Shown: positions 1 to 12,369, counted from the stretch's first letter. The stretch: DNA of 64,000 nucleotides from Chiloscyllium plagiosum (GCF_004010195.1 NC_057749.1:15078583-15142582), one strand, 5' to 3'. Numbers and translations: made by a program. Notes: generated by a model from the letters alone, not told the origin.

Positions 1-639
1 CGGGGGTAGAGAGAAGGGAAGGGGAGAGGGACTAAAGGAGAAGGGGAGAGGGTGACGGGAAAGTGAGAGAGACAGAAAGAGAACGAGGGAGAAACAAAAC
101 AGAGGGAGGGAGAAAGAAAGCAGGAGAGCGCTTGCTGAGGAATGCATTCCTTTCATTTTATTTTAATTAGCAATCTTCAAATAACCAATTAAATAATGGC
201 AAGCACACTGCACCCACTTGGACTGGCCTGTCAAACTGATTAGTTGAACATTTAATTTTATGCTGATTAAAATGAGCAATTTACTGACACACAGCTTTTC
301 AGTTTAGGTTCAGTGCAGATAAAAGTTAACAATGTCACATTGAGAAAATGATCAGTAAAGACAAGCTCTTGTTAATCTCAGGAATGTGAGCTCCCCTGAG
401 TATTTAACTTGCTTAATATCTCTTATTGAAGCTTCTTATGAATATGTAGCTTCATCAGAATAAAGGATGACAATGCAGGAAAAGATTTCTGCATTTGGAG
501 ACACAGTTTGAGATCCAGTAAGCTCTCCTTCCAACAAGCACAAAATAAAATGACTTTGGGAGTTATTGACAGAGACTGATTGCAGCGGTTAGTCAGTGAG
601 TTGAAAACAGGGCCAGATATGATGGGAGGAAAGCCCCAT

Positions 640-946
640 AGAATCACTCAGCTCATGAGTCCATACCAACCCTTCAAATGTCATCTCACACAGACACCCC
701 CCCCCCACCCTATCCTTGTAACCCCACATTTCCCATGGCTAGCCCAAGTAGCCTGTCCATCCCTGAACATTTTGGGCAAGTTAGCTTGGTCAATCCACCT
801 TAGCCTGCACAGTTTTGGACTGTGGGAGGAAATCCACGCAGACACAGGGAGAATGTGCAAACTCCACACAGACAGCCGCCCGAGGGTGGAAGCGATCTCT
901 GGCGATGTGAGGCAGCGGCGCTAAGCACCGAGCCACTGTGCTGCCC
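640..946 (-). mobile_element. HE1-type tRNA-derived SINE (V-SINE)
   Basis: Reverse complement has the tRNA-like head ggcagcacagtggctcggtgcttagc and the core gtgtggagtttgcacattctccctgtgtctgcgtgg. Confidence 0.85.
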
Positions 947-1511
947 AGTAGCAGGCAACTTCATAGATCAGAAGTCACAAACTCTTCCTGAAAATATTAC
1001 ACTTTCCACACCTCACTATCAGGTTCCTCACTTACTGGATCCAAAAACACTATGTTCTGAGCAAAATCCAATTTGCATTCACATCAATCAACACTATCTG
1101 TTTCAAACTGGCTCTCCCTGGGGAGGGTTTATGTTGCACCAAATGACAAACTTGCCTGAATGCCTGTTAATTAGGCATGAAATTGAGCCACCCAACTCTG
1201 TGCCTGAATGACTCAATAATCAAAACACAAAGGGGGCTGGAGAAACTCAGCAGGTCAGACAGCATCTATAAAGACAGAAACAGAGCTCAGAAGGGCTGAA
1301 AGGGATATGGGCCAACTGCTGGCAAATGGTACTAGAACAGTTTAGGATATCTGGTCAACATGGACCAGTTGGACTGAAGGGTCTGTTTCTGTGCTGTACA
1401 TCTCTGTGACTCACCATGCCTCTGAAATGGTCAAGCAAGCCACTCCATTCAAGGGCAGCCAGGGACAGACAATAAATGCTGGCCAGCCAGAGACAGCCAC
1501 ATCACACAAGG

Positions 1512-2027
1512 CATAGAGATGTACAGCATGGAAACAGACGCTTCGGCCCAACACATCCATGCTGATCAGATATCCTAAATTAATCTACTCCTATTTACCA
1601 GCACTTGGTCCACATCCCTCTCAACCCTCTCTATTCATATAGCCATCCAGATGCATTTAAATGTTGCAACTGTACCAGCCTCCACCACTTCCTCTGGCAG
1701 CTCATTCTATAACGCACCACCCTCTGTGTGAAAAAGTTATCCCTTAGGTCCCTTTTATATCTTTCCCCTCTCACCCTAAACCTGTGCCCTCAAGTTTTGG
1801 ACTCTCCTTCAGGATTATATAAACCTCAATAAGGTCACCCCTTAGCCTCCAATACTCCAGGGAAAACAGCCCCAGCCTATTCAGCTCTATAGCTCAAATC
1901 CTCCAACCCTGGCAACATCCTTGTAAATCTTTTCTGAACCCTTTCAAGTTTCACAACATCCTTCCGATAGCAGGGAGAGCAGAATCACATGCGGCTTTCC
2001 AAAAGTGGCCTAACCAATGTTCTGTAC
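1512..2027 (-). mobile_element. HER1/CR1-type LINE 3' fragment
   Basis: Starts with the reverse-complement 3' tail catagagatgtacagcatggaaacagac and matches the other copies in the window. Confidence 0.85.
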
Positions 2028-3420
2028 GAGTCATAGAGATGTACAGCATGGAAACAGACCCTTCGGTCCAACCTGTCCATGCCGACCAGATATCCCAGCC
2101 CAATCTAGCCCCACCTGCCAGCACCCAACCCATATCCCTCCAAACCCTTCCTATTCATATACCCATCCANNNNNNNNNNNNNNNNNNNNNNNNNNNNNNN
2201 NNNNNNNNNNNNNNNNNNNNNNNNNNNNNNNNNNNNNNNNNNNNNNNNNNNNNNNNNNNNNNNNNNNNNNNNNNNNNNNNNNNNNNNNNNNNNNNNNNNN
2301 NNNNNNNNNNNNNNNNNNNNNNNNNNNNNNNNNNNNNNNNNNNNNNNNNNNNNNNNNNNNNNNNNNNNNNNNNNNNNNNNNNNNNNNNNNNNNNNNNNNN
2401 NNNNNNNNNNNNNNNNNNNNNNNNNNNNNNNNNNNNNNNNNNNNNNNNNNNNNNNNNNNNNNNNNNNNNNNNNNNNNNNNNNNNNNNNNNNNNNNNNNNN
2501 NNNNNNNNNNNNNNNNNNNNNNNNNNNNNNNNNNNNNNNNNNNNNNNNNNNNNNNNNNNNNNNNNNNNNNNNNNNNNNNNNNNNNNNNNNNNNNNNNNNN
2601 NNNNNNNNNNNNNNNNNNNNNNNNNNNNNNNNNNNNNNNNNNNNNNNNNNNNNNNNNNNNNNNNNNNNNNNNNNNNNNNNNNNNNNNNNNNNNNNNNNNN
2701 NNNNNNNNNNNNNNNNNNNNNNNNNNNNNNNNNNNNNNNNNNNNNNNNNNNNNNNNNNNNNNNNNNNNNNNNNNNNNNNNNNNNNNNNNNNNNNNNNNNN
2801 NNNNNNNNNNNNNNNNNNNNNNNNNNNNNNNNNNNNNNNNNNNNNNNNNNNNNNAGATTAGATTAGATTAGATTACTTACAGTGTGGAAACAGGCCCTTC
2901 GGCCCAAGTCCACACCGACCCGCCGAAGCGCAACCCACCCAGGCCCATTCCCCTATTTCTTCAAAAAACTCAATCAAGTTTGTGGGACATGATTTCCCAT
3001 GCACAAAGCCATGTTGACTATCCCGAATCAGTCCCTGTCTTTCCAAATACATGTACATCCTGTCCGTCAGGATTCCCTCCAACAACTTGCCCACCACTGA
3101 GGTCAGGCTCACTGGTCTATAGTTCCCAGGTTTGTCTTTACCACCCTTTTTCTTAAACAGTGGCACGTTTGCCAACCTCCAGTCTTCCGGCACCTCACCT
3201 GTGACTATCGATGATACAAATATCTCAGCAAGAGGCCCAGCAATCACTTCTCTAGCTTCCCACAGAGTTCTCGGGTACACCTGATCAGGTCCTGGGGATT
3301 TATCCACTTTTAACCATTTCAAGACATCCAGCACTTTCTCCTCTGTAATCTGGACATTTTGCAAGGTGTCACCATCTATTTCCCTACAATCTATATCTTC
3401 CATATTCTTTTCGTGAATAA
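2028..3420 (-). mobile_element. HER1/CR1-type LINE fragment(s) spanning an N gap; RT-region remnant
   Basis: ORF 2873..3514 contains [42 protein letters not shown] and SQHGF, which are CR1 RT motifs. An HE1 3' tail with (AATCT)n sits at about 2855-2953. Confidence 0.85.
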
Positions 3421-3784
3421 AAATTTTCAAAAAAGGACTGAGATTGAGGGAGGCTGAGGAGCTCTGATCATGCAAATGCCAAGAAATTATTGCATATGCA
3501 GAGGCCCTCCACACCCAGGAGCTACATTAGTGGGTGACCAGAATGGTTGGAGAGTTAAACAATTAGTTTTCAATCTCCTAATTAAAAAGGGATGTGCCTT
3601 GTTTTAACTGGGTCAGTTACATCGTCACTGTCACCATTAAATCAGCTGGAGTCCCCATTAAGAGGTGGAAATGGAAGAATTCCCAGTAACCTGAAAGGTA
3701 CACCATGAGAACAAATGATAAACACTTAAGCATCGCTCACATTGATAAACAAGACAGCAACAATGAAAATACAGGACAATTACC

Positions 3785-4095
3785 ACCGGTCCATATACAC
3801 TCCATCACCACCCCGGTCCGTACACTCTCCATCACCACCCCGGTCCGTACACTCTCCATCACCGCCCCGGTCCGTACACTCTCCATCACCGCCCCGGTCC
3901 GTATACTCTCCATCACCGCCCCGGTCCGTATACTCTCCATCACCGCCCCAGTCTGTATACTCTCAATCACCACCCTGGTCTGTATACTCTCAATCACCAC
4001 CCTGGTCCATATACTCTCAATCACCGCCCCGGTCCGTATACTCTCCATCACCGCCCCGGTCCGTATACTCTCCATCACCCGGTCCGTATATTCTC
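3785..4095. repeat. 27-bp minisatellite, about 11 copies
   Basis: Unit atcaccgccccggtccgtatactctcc; gives the 9-aa periodicity in the overlapping ORFs. Confidence 0.95.
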
Positions 4096-4149
4096 AATTA
4101 TCAGTAAAGTCACATCAGGTGTCATCAGCAGTGCTACCCAGTGGCACTT

Positions 4150-4845
4150 ACTCAACAATAACTGCTCGCTGATGCCCAGTTTGAATTCTGCCGGGGCCAC
4201 TCAGCACATGTTCTCATTACAGCCTCAGTGCAAACACAGCCAGAAGAGCTGGATCCCAGAGGTGAGGTGGCAGTGGCAGTGGCTGTCCTTGACACCAAGG
4301 CTGTATCTGACCTAGTACAGCATCAAGGAACCCTAGCAAAACTGAACTCAATGGAAAATAGAGAAAACTCTCCGCTGGTGGGAGCTACATTCCTCAAGAA
4401 GACTGTTGTGATGGCTCAGTCATCTCTGCAGAAGTTCCTGAGGATAAGTGCAGATGTTCATCGATGATTGCACAAAATTAAACACCATTCGCAACTTCTC
4501 AGGTTCTGAAGCAGTCCACTTCCAAATGCAGCGAGACCTGGACAACATCCAGGTTTGACTAACAACTGACAAATAACATGTGGACCACACAAATACCAGG
4601 CAATGGCCATCTCGAACAAGGCAGAAGCTAAATACTGTGGCTACAAGAACAGGTCAGAGGCGAGGAAACTGGTAACTCCCCTCCTGACTCCCCAAAGCCT
4701 GTCCACTATCTACAAGGCACAGGTCAGGAAAGTGATGGAATATTCCTCACTTGTCTGGATAACTGCAGCTCCAATAATATTCAGGACTCTAGACACCATC
4801 CAGGCCAACGCAACCCACCTGACTAGCACTCCATCCACAAGCATC
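4150..4845 (+). mobile_element. Degenerate CR1/L2-group LINE, 5' part of the outer nested element
   Basis: RT-like remnants (VAVLDTKAVSDLV; LSTIYKAQVRKVMEYSSLVW). The element resumes at about 7100. Confidence 0.7.
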
Positions 4846-4859
4846 AGGCTGCCTTCATC

Positions 4860-4960
4860 CTTTGCAATTCAATTACCGGCACAACAGGTCCACAGCAGAC
4901 ACCATCTCCCTTGCCCTAGACTCAGCCCTCGAACATCTGGATAACAAGGACACCTACATA
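4860..4960 (+). mobile_element. Rex1/Babar-like LINE RT fragment, 5' part
   Basis: [31 protein letters not shown]. Continues after the CR1 insert at about 6097 (IDYSSTFNTIIP). Confidence 0.75.
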
Positions 4961-6096
4961 TGGATACGGATTTCAGTAAGATATTTGATAAGGTTTGCCA
5001 CAGTGGGCTATTGCACAAAACACGGAGGCATGGGATTGAGGGTGATTTAGCGGTTTCGATCAAAAATTGGCTAGCTGTAAGACGACAGAGGGTGGTGGTT
5101 GATGGGAAATGTTCATCCTGGAGTTCAGTTACTAGTGGTGTAACTCAAGGATCTGGTTTGGGGTCACTGCTGTTTGTCATTTTTATAAATGACCTGGATG
5201 AGGGTGTAGAAGGATGGGTTAGTAAATTTGTGGATGACACTAAGGTTGGTGGAGTTGTGGACAGTGCTGAAGGATGTTGCAGGTTACAGAGGGACATAGA
5301 TAAGCTGCAGAGCTGAGCTGAGAGGTGGCAAGTGGAGTTTAATGCGGACAAATGTGAGGTGATTCACTTTGGAAGGAGTAACAAGAATGTAAAGTACTGG
5401 GTTAATGCTAAGATTCTTGTAGATGAACAGAGAGATCTTGGTGTACATGTACATAGATCCCTGAAAGTTGGCACCCAGGTTGACAGGGTTGTTAAGAAGG
5501 CATACAGCGCATTAGTTTTTATTGATAGACGGATTGAGTTTCAAAGCCAAAAGGTCATGCTGCAGCTGTACAAAAGTCTGGTGCAGCCACATTTGGAGTA
5601 TTGCATACAGTTCTGGTCACTGCATTATAGGAAGGATGTGGAAGCTTTGGAAAGAGATCAGAAGAGATTTACCAGGATGTTGCCTGGTATGGAGGAAAGG
5701 CTGAGGGACTTGAGGCTGTTTTCGTTAGAGAGAAGAAGTTTGAGAGGTGACTTAATTGAGACATATCAGATAATCAGAGGGTTAGATAGGGTGGACAGTG
5801 AGAGCCTTTTTCCTCATACGGTGATGGCTAGCACGAGGGAACAGAGCTTTAAATTGAGGGGTGATAGTTATAGGACAGATGGCAGAGGTAATTTCTTTAC
5901 TCGGAGAGTAGTAGGGGTGCACTGCCTGCAACAGTAGTAGACTCGCCAACTTTAAGGGGATCTAAATGGGCATTGGATAAACACATGGATGAGAATGGAA
6001 TGGTGCAGGTTGGATAGGCTTCAGATTGGTTACACAGGTCGGCACATCATTGAGGGCCGAAGGGCCTGCACTGAGCTGTAAAGTTCTATGTTCTAG
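4961..6096 (+). mobile_element. 5'-truncated CR1 (HER1-related) LINE
   Basis: [52 protein letters not shown] and LFSLERRSLRGDLIE. Ends in a (ttctatg)-type tail. Confidence 0.92.
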
Positions 6097-7100
6097 GTCA
6101 GTCTCCAAACTATTGACTACAGCTCCACCTTCAACACCATAATTCCAAACAAACTAAACTCCGAGGCCTAGATCTCAGCTCCCCGACCCACAAACTGTAA
6201 TCAATCAGTAAGGACAGGCGACAACACCTCCTCCACAATAATCCTCAACAGCGGTGGCCTGCAAGCCTGTGTACTCAGTCCCCTACCATACTCCTTCTAC
6301 ACTCATGACTGTGTGGCCTAATTCCACATCAACTCCATTTACAAGTTTGCTGACAAAACGACTGCTGTAGATCAAATCTCAAACAACAATGTAACAGAGT
6401 ACAGGAAAGAAACAGAGTGCATGGTGTAGAAACTACAATCTCAGCATCAACGTCAGCGAAACGAAGGAGCTGGTCAGTGACGTCAGGCTTGATCAATGGT
6501 GCTGAGGTGGAGATGGTCAAGATCACCAAGTTCCTGGGAGTGGCAACCACCAACAATCTGTCCTGGTCCACCCACAGTGACACTATGGTCAAGAAATCAC
6601 AACAATGTCTCCACTTCTTCAAGAGGCTAAGGAAATTCAGCATGTCCACAGGGCTCTTACCAACTTTTATGGGTGCAACATAGAAAGCATTGTATCCAGA
6701 TGCATCACAGTTGTGCTGGGGCAACTGCTCTGCCCAAGACTATGAGAAACTACAGAGTTGTGAACACAGGCTGGTCCATCAACACAAACCAGCCTCCCAT
6801 CCGCTGACACTTCCCGCTGCATTGAGAAAGCAATCAACATGATCAAACACAGTCTTCTGTCAGGCAGAAGATATATCAACAGATTCAAGAACAGCTCCTT
6901 CCCCGCTGTTATCAGACTTGTGAATGGACCTCTCCAACGTTAATTCTGATCTCAATCTCTCTCTCTCTCTGCGCCTTCTCAGTGACTGTAACACTGTGTT
7001 TTGCACTCTGTTCTGTACTATCTCCCTGTACAGCACGTAATTCACCATTGTTCACAGTATCTTGGCATATGGAACAACCATAAATCAAACCAAATCAAAT
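6097..7100 (+). mobile_element. Rex1/Babar-like LINE, 3' part
   Basis: Degenerate RT remnants (SPLPYSFYTHDC, KFADK, KFLGV). The 3' UTR is shared with the copy at 60720-61120, and it ends in an aaatca-type tail. Confidence 0.75.
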
Positions 7101-7470
7101 CGTCCCATCACTGATACAACAGTGTGTACCATCTATAAGACACACTGCTGCAATGCACCATGGCTGCTTAGACAACTTCATACAAACTTGCAACTTGATA
7201 GGAAAGAGAGAGCAGATACAGGGAACCCCACCTCCTACAAATTCCCCTCTGAGCAACCTCACCATTCTTCCTAGGAAATATACTGTTGTTCCCTCGGTGT
7301 CACTTGGTCAATATTCTATAATTCTCTCCCTATGGGCATTGTGGGTCTATCTACAGCACATGGACTGCGGCGGTTCACCCCCACCTTCTCAGGGGGCAAC
7401 TAGGGACGGGGCAATAAATGCCAGTAAAGCCAATGATACTCACATCCTGGGAATGAATTTAAAAAAAAAA
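7101..7470 (+). mobile_element. 3' end of the outer CR1/L2-group LINE
   Basis: agtgtgtaccatctataaga...gggcaataaatgcc...cacatcctgggaatgaatttaaaaaaaaaa tail. Confidence 0.7.
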
Positions 7471-8710
7471 GGAATGTTATTCATTCCCCAAATGTCACCC
7501 AGGGCAGGGTACTGGGTTTGGGAGGGAGCGACACTGATCCCCAGAGATCCAGCTTTTCACTGGTCACCATGTGCATGCCAATAGTTCAGCCTCCTGTTTG
7601 CTCTCATAATCAGGAGGCCATTCAGCCCCTCCAGCTCTACCGTCACTCAGTCAGGTCATGGCTGATCTATGCCACGAATCTTTTTACTTGGCTTTATTGC
7701 ACAGGCCTCAGGCCTCGTCCCCAGTGCACAATTAACTTCTCAGTCCGAACTCAGTTTAGGCATCAACGCGCCTGAGTATCGCTTGGCAACCAGATTGGGA
7801 ATGGAAGCAACAAGTAAAAGGCAGATGCAACACACAAGTGTTCTTAACACGAAAACTTTAGGAATCCAAATTGGTCACATTCCATCCAGGCAGCAGAAGA
7901 ACACATTCGCCCCCGAGGAAGGCATCTGGAGCTGATTCACTCAAATGCTTCCAGGCATTGAAGGGTCAGTTTCTAGGTTGCATGATATTGGCTTGTATCC
8001 ACTTGAGTTTAAAAGTTTAACGGATGAAATAATTGGTTTTTAAACATGATCAAGGAAGTGGATACAGAGAAATTAATTCTGCTCCCTTGTTTCAGAGAGG
8101 GGTTTTACAGTTACACCTCATCCACTTAGGAACGAAATGAAGACAGACCTTTTTAACATGGGGTCTCCGTTAAAGACCAAAGGGAGGACTCTGTTTCTCT
8201 GCCAGAGGATTGAGTGTCGTTGGAACTCTCCTCCCCAGAGAGAAGTGCAGGTAGGGATAATTGAATAAAGACAGCTTCTTGCACAAGTCTAAGTAAACCA
8301 CCCAAAGGTTCCCTGTAAAGTCACAGCGCACCTAGTTCTCTCCTGCAAACTGATGGAGCCCAGACTGAACCCCCTCAAAACATAGCAGGGAGATCGCCAA
8401 ATGCTTTTGTACTTCAAAAGGCAAGGGCCAGGCATTGCATTCCAGATGCAATTCAATTGGACAAGCTGCCAGGCTTGAAGCCAAACATATTTTATTCCTA
8501 CAACATAGAATTCGTAGAATCTGCTACAGGCCATTCAGCCCATTGAATCCACACTTATCCTCTGAAGGGTCACTCTCCCCACCCCACCCAAAACTGGGAA
8601 CACACTCTCCCCCCACAAACATACTCCCCTCCCCACTCCCCAACCAGGAACACACTCTTCTCCACCCCCCGCCTCCTCCCACCGGGAACATACTCACCTC
8701 CCCCCTTCCC

Positions 8711-9654
8711 GGGGGGAGGCTGTAATCGCTGCTTACTCTCCCCTGAAGCAGCATTCGGGGGGAGGCTGTAATCGCTGCTTACTCTCCCCTGAAGCAGCAT
8801 TCGGGGGGAGGCTGTAATCGCTGCTTACTCTCCCCTGAAGCAGCATTCGGGGGGAGGCTGTAATCGCTGCTTACTCTCCCCTGAAGCAGCATTCGGGGGG
8901 AGGCTGTAATCGCTGCTTACTCTCCCCTGAAGCAGCATTCGGGGGGAGGCTGTAATCGCTGCTTACTCTCCCCTGAAGCAGCATTCGGGGGGAGGCTGTA
9001 ATCGCTGCTTACTCTCCCCTGAAGCAGCATTCGGGGGGAGGCTGTAATCGCTGCTTACTCTCCCCTGAAGCAGCATTCGGGGGGAGGCTGTAATCGCTGC
9101 TTACTCTCCCCTGAAGCAGCATTCGGGGGGAGGCTGTAATCGCTGCTTACTCTCCCCTGAAGCAGCATTCGGGGGGAGGCTGTAATCGCTGCTTACTCTC
9201 CCCTGAAGCAGCATTCGGGGGGAGGCTGTAATCGCTGCTTACTCTCCCCTGAAGCAGCATTCGGGGGGAGGCTGTAATCGCTGCTTACTCTCCCCTGAAG
9301 CAGCATTCGGGGGGAGGCTGTAATCGCTGCTTACTCTCCCCTGAAGCAGCATTCGGGGGGAGGCTGTAATCGCTGCTTACTCTCCCCTGAAGCAGCATTC
9401 GGGGGGAGGCTGTAATCGCTGCTTACTCTCCCCTGAAGCAGCATTCGGGGGGAGGCTGTAATCGCTGCTTACTCTCCCCTGAAGCAGCATTCGGGGGGAG
9501 GCTGTAATCGCTGCTTACTCTCCCCTGAAGCAGCATTCGGGGGGAGGCTGTAATCGCTCTTACTCTCCCCTGAAGCAGCATTCGGGGGGAGGCTGTAATC
9601 ACTGCTTACTCTCCCCTGAAGCAGCATTCGGGGGGAGGCTGTAATCGCTGCTTA
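8711..9654. repeat. 46-bp minisatellite, about 20.5 near-identical copies
   Basis: Unit ggggggaggctgtaatcgctgcttactctcccctgaagcagcattc. Variants seen only near the right end. Confidence 0.97.
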
Positions 9655-9891
9655 AACACAAGGCGCGCCTTCTCCCTCACACAGACTCCAAGCCCCTGTT
9701 TCGCTCAACAGCACATTGCTCAGATTTTAGTCACATTTGGAAAATGTCAGGGGACTATGAACTGGCACCAAACACTAACATGTTTTTTTCAGATAGGTAA
9801 ATTAAAGGGAGGAGCTGCTACAGGTCGCATTGCTCTGCTGTGTGATTGTTGACCCAGTGCAGGATATGAATGTATTCCAACACTGTCTAAC

Positions 9892-9930
9892 TTGACTAAG
9901 GACTTCAATCCCTCTCTCAGCACGGACATC
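9892..9930 (-). CDS. Candidate 39-bp mini-exon (exon 11 equivalent)
   Basis: Good acceptor gtgtgttttctgccaatacag, phase 2-2, open frame (R)MSVLREGLKSLV(K/N), weak donor AA|gttaga. No recognisable protein similarity. Confidence 0.3.
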
Positions 9931-10039
9931 CTGTATTGGCAGAAAACACACAGGAGTCATTGGCACAAGCAGCGTCTCAGTCAAGTGCTTTAAATCCTTC
10001 TAGCAAGTCCGCAACCCAAGAACACACTTAACTGAAATA

Positions 10040-10262
10040 AAAGCAAAAGGCTGCAGATGCTCAAGTTCTGAAATACAAATGACAAGTGCTGGAGAAACTC
10101 AGCAGGTCTGGTCACGTCTGTGCAGGGAGAAATAGATGTGATGTCCGAACTTTTCGTCAGAACTGAAGAGTCAGACTGAACATGAAACGTTGACTCTGTT
10201 TCTCCCTCCACAGTGCTGCCAGACCTGCTGAGTTCCACCAGCAACATTCGCTTTTGTTTCAC
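10040..10262. mobile_element. Palindromic short element, Penelope-like-derived, with hammerhead-like motif
   Basis: Inverted arms ctcagcaggtctgg / ccagacctgctgag; CTGAAGA at 10163 followed by GAAACGTT at 10184. Confidence 0.65.
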
Positions 10263-10829
10263 ACTGAACTACACAGCCAGGGTAACAAAAATACTGTCAG
10301 TGTTGCCCCTGTAGCTAATGTCAAGCCCCTCACAATCACTAGTCCCCACCGTTAATGACAAAAGTGCACATCCTCTCAACTGGGGATAATTGTATTAAAT
10401 GGAGAAGTCTTGTCAGGACCCATTGACCCCAGGCCACACAAAAGATGCAAACTTCAGTGAGACTCCTTTGAGTAAACTTGCTTGGCCGCTGAACCGACCT
10501 GGGCCTTGTTTGATCCATGGGAGGGAGGGGTGGGTGGGGGAATTTGAGAAAAATGTGCTCCAAAGCAAACTGCTGGAGGGAACTGAGCCATGATTCCAGC
10601 CATGCACGGGATTGGTTACTCTCACACACTGGATCCGTGCCCCGCGCTCTCCAAGCACACAGACACACACACACGATTCATCTTTCTTTCACAAGGATCC
10701 GTCACACACCCAGGATTCATCAGTCTGTCAGTCTCTCTCTTACACACCTCCCCCCCACACACACCCACACACACACACACACCCACACACAGAAGATCGG
10801 TCCGTCTTGCTCTCTTACACAAGATCTGA

Positions 10830-12030
10830 CCCCCTCTCTCTCTGTCACACAGGATCTGTCCGCCTGTCTCTCTCTCTACCTGTCTCACACAGCATCTGTC
10901 CNNNNNNNNNNNNNNNNNNNNNNNNNNNNNNNNNNNNNNNNNNNNNNNNNNNNNNNNNNNNNNNNNNNNNNNNNNNNNNNNNNNNNNNNNNNNNNNNNNN
11001 NNNNNNNNNNNNNNNNNNNNNNNNNNNNNNNNNNNNNNNNNNNNNNNNNNNNNNNNNNNNNNNNNNNNNNNNNNNNNNNNNNNNNNNNNNNNNNNNNNNN
11101 NNNNNNNNNNNNNNNNNNNNNNNNNNNNNNNNNNNNNNNNNNNNNNNNNNNNNNNNNNNNNNNNNNNNNNNNNNNNNNNNNNNNNNNNNNNNNNNNNNNN
11201 NNNNNNNNNNNNNNNNNNNNNNNNNNNNNNNNNNNNNNNNNNNNNNNNNNNNNNNNNNNNNNNNNNNNNNNNNNNNNNNNNNNNNNNNNNNNNNNNNNNN
11301 NNNNNNNNNNNNNNNNNNNNNNNNNNNNNNNNNNNNNNNNNNNNNNNNNNNNNNNNNNNNNNNNNNNNNNNNNNNNNNNNNNNNNNNNNNNNNNNNNNNN
11401 NNNNNNNNNNNNNNNNNNNNNNNNNNNNNNNNNNNNNNNNNNNNNNNNNNNNNNNNNNNNNNNNNNNNNNNNNNNNNNNNNNNNNNNNNNNNNNNNNNNN
11501 NNNNNNNNNNNNNNNNNNNNNNNNNNNNNNNNNNNNNNNNNNNNNNNNNNNNNNNNNNNNNNNNNNNNNNNNNNNNNNNNNNNNNNNNNNNNNNNNNNNN
11601 NNNNNNNNNNNNNNNNNNNNNNNNNNNNNNNNNNNNNNNNNNNNNNNNNNNNNNNNNNNNNNNNNNNNNNNNNNNNNNNNNNNNNNNNNNNNNNNNNNNN
11701 NNNNNNNNNNNNNNNNNNNNNNNNNNNNNNNNNNNNNNNNNNNNNNNNNNNNNNNNNNNNNNNNNNTCTCTCTCTCCCTCTCACACAGGATCTGTCCGTC
11801 TCTCTCTCTCCCTCTCACACAGGATCTGTCCGTCTCTCTCTCTCCCTCTCACACAGGATCTGTCCGTCTCTCTCTCTCCCTCTCACACAGGATCTGTCCG
11901 TCTCTCTCTCTCCCTCTCACACAGGATCTGTCCGTCTCTCTCTCTCCCTCTCACACAGGATCTGTCTCTCTCTCTCTCTCCCTCTCACACAGGATCTGTC
12001 CGTCTCTCTCTCTCCCTCTCACACAGGATC
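10830..12030. repeat. About 34-bp CT-rich minisatellite spanning an N gap
   Basis: Unit cacacaggatctgtccgtctctctctctccctct on both sides of the gap at 10902-11766. Confidence 0.9.
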
Positions 12031-12369
12031 TCTCTGTCACATCCTGCTTCTGAAAAGCTCAGCTTTAACTCGTCTGTTAAGTTTCCAGGATTGAGCCAGC
12101 GCGAAGTAGCCTCAGCGCCAACAGGTTCAGGAGCTGCTGAGCAGTCACTCACTCAACCGTGAACACTTGTGAGTCATTAAGGTGAAGGTTTGCGCTGCCT
12201 GGTACCTAATATCCTTGGGTAAGACAGAGGTGAGAGTCTGTGTCAATGTTAGCAGCAAGATACAGGAGCAGAGAGCAGTCGGAGAACAAACTGAGAATTG
12301 TCATAAAGACGAGACTTAACATGTCCCTAGATCCCAAATCATCAACTTGGGCATTATAAACAACAACAA

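Noticed and set aside
3705..4172. Extensin-like SPSPPRSVY repeat protein
   Set aside because: Translation of a 27-bp minisatellite that is open in several frames, with no gene context.
4960..5937. Active reverse transcriptase gene
   Set aside because: 5'-truncated with an in-frame stop; all LINE copies in the window are fragments.
8711..9654. CRISPR-like array (hairpin-containing repeats)
   Set aside because: Head-to-tail identical units with no unique spacers, no cas genes and a vertebrate context.
10517..12162. Long ORFs containing X runs (also near 2017, 42060, 53569 and 61275)
   Set aside because: Artefacts of translating through N gaps.
12151..12205. Alternative candidate for exon 11 (tag...GTGAGT on the minus strand)
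   Set aside because: Poor pyrimidine tract, and it would end in phase 1 rather than the required phase 2.
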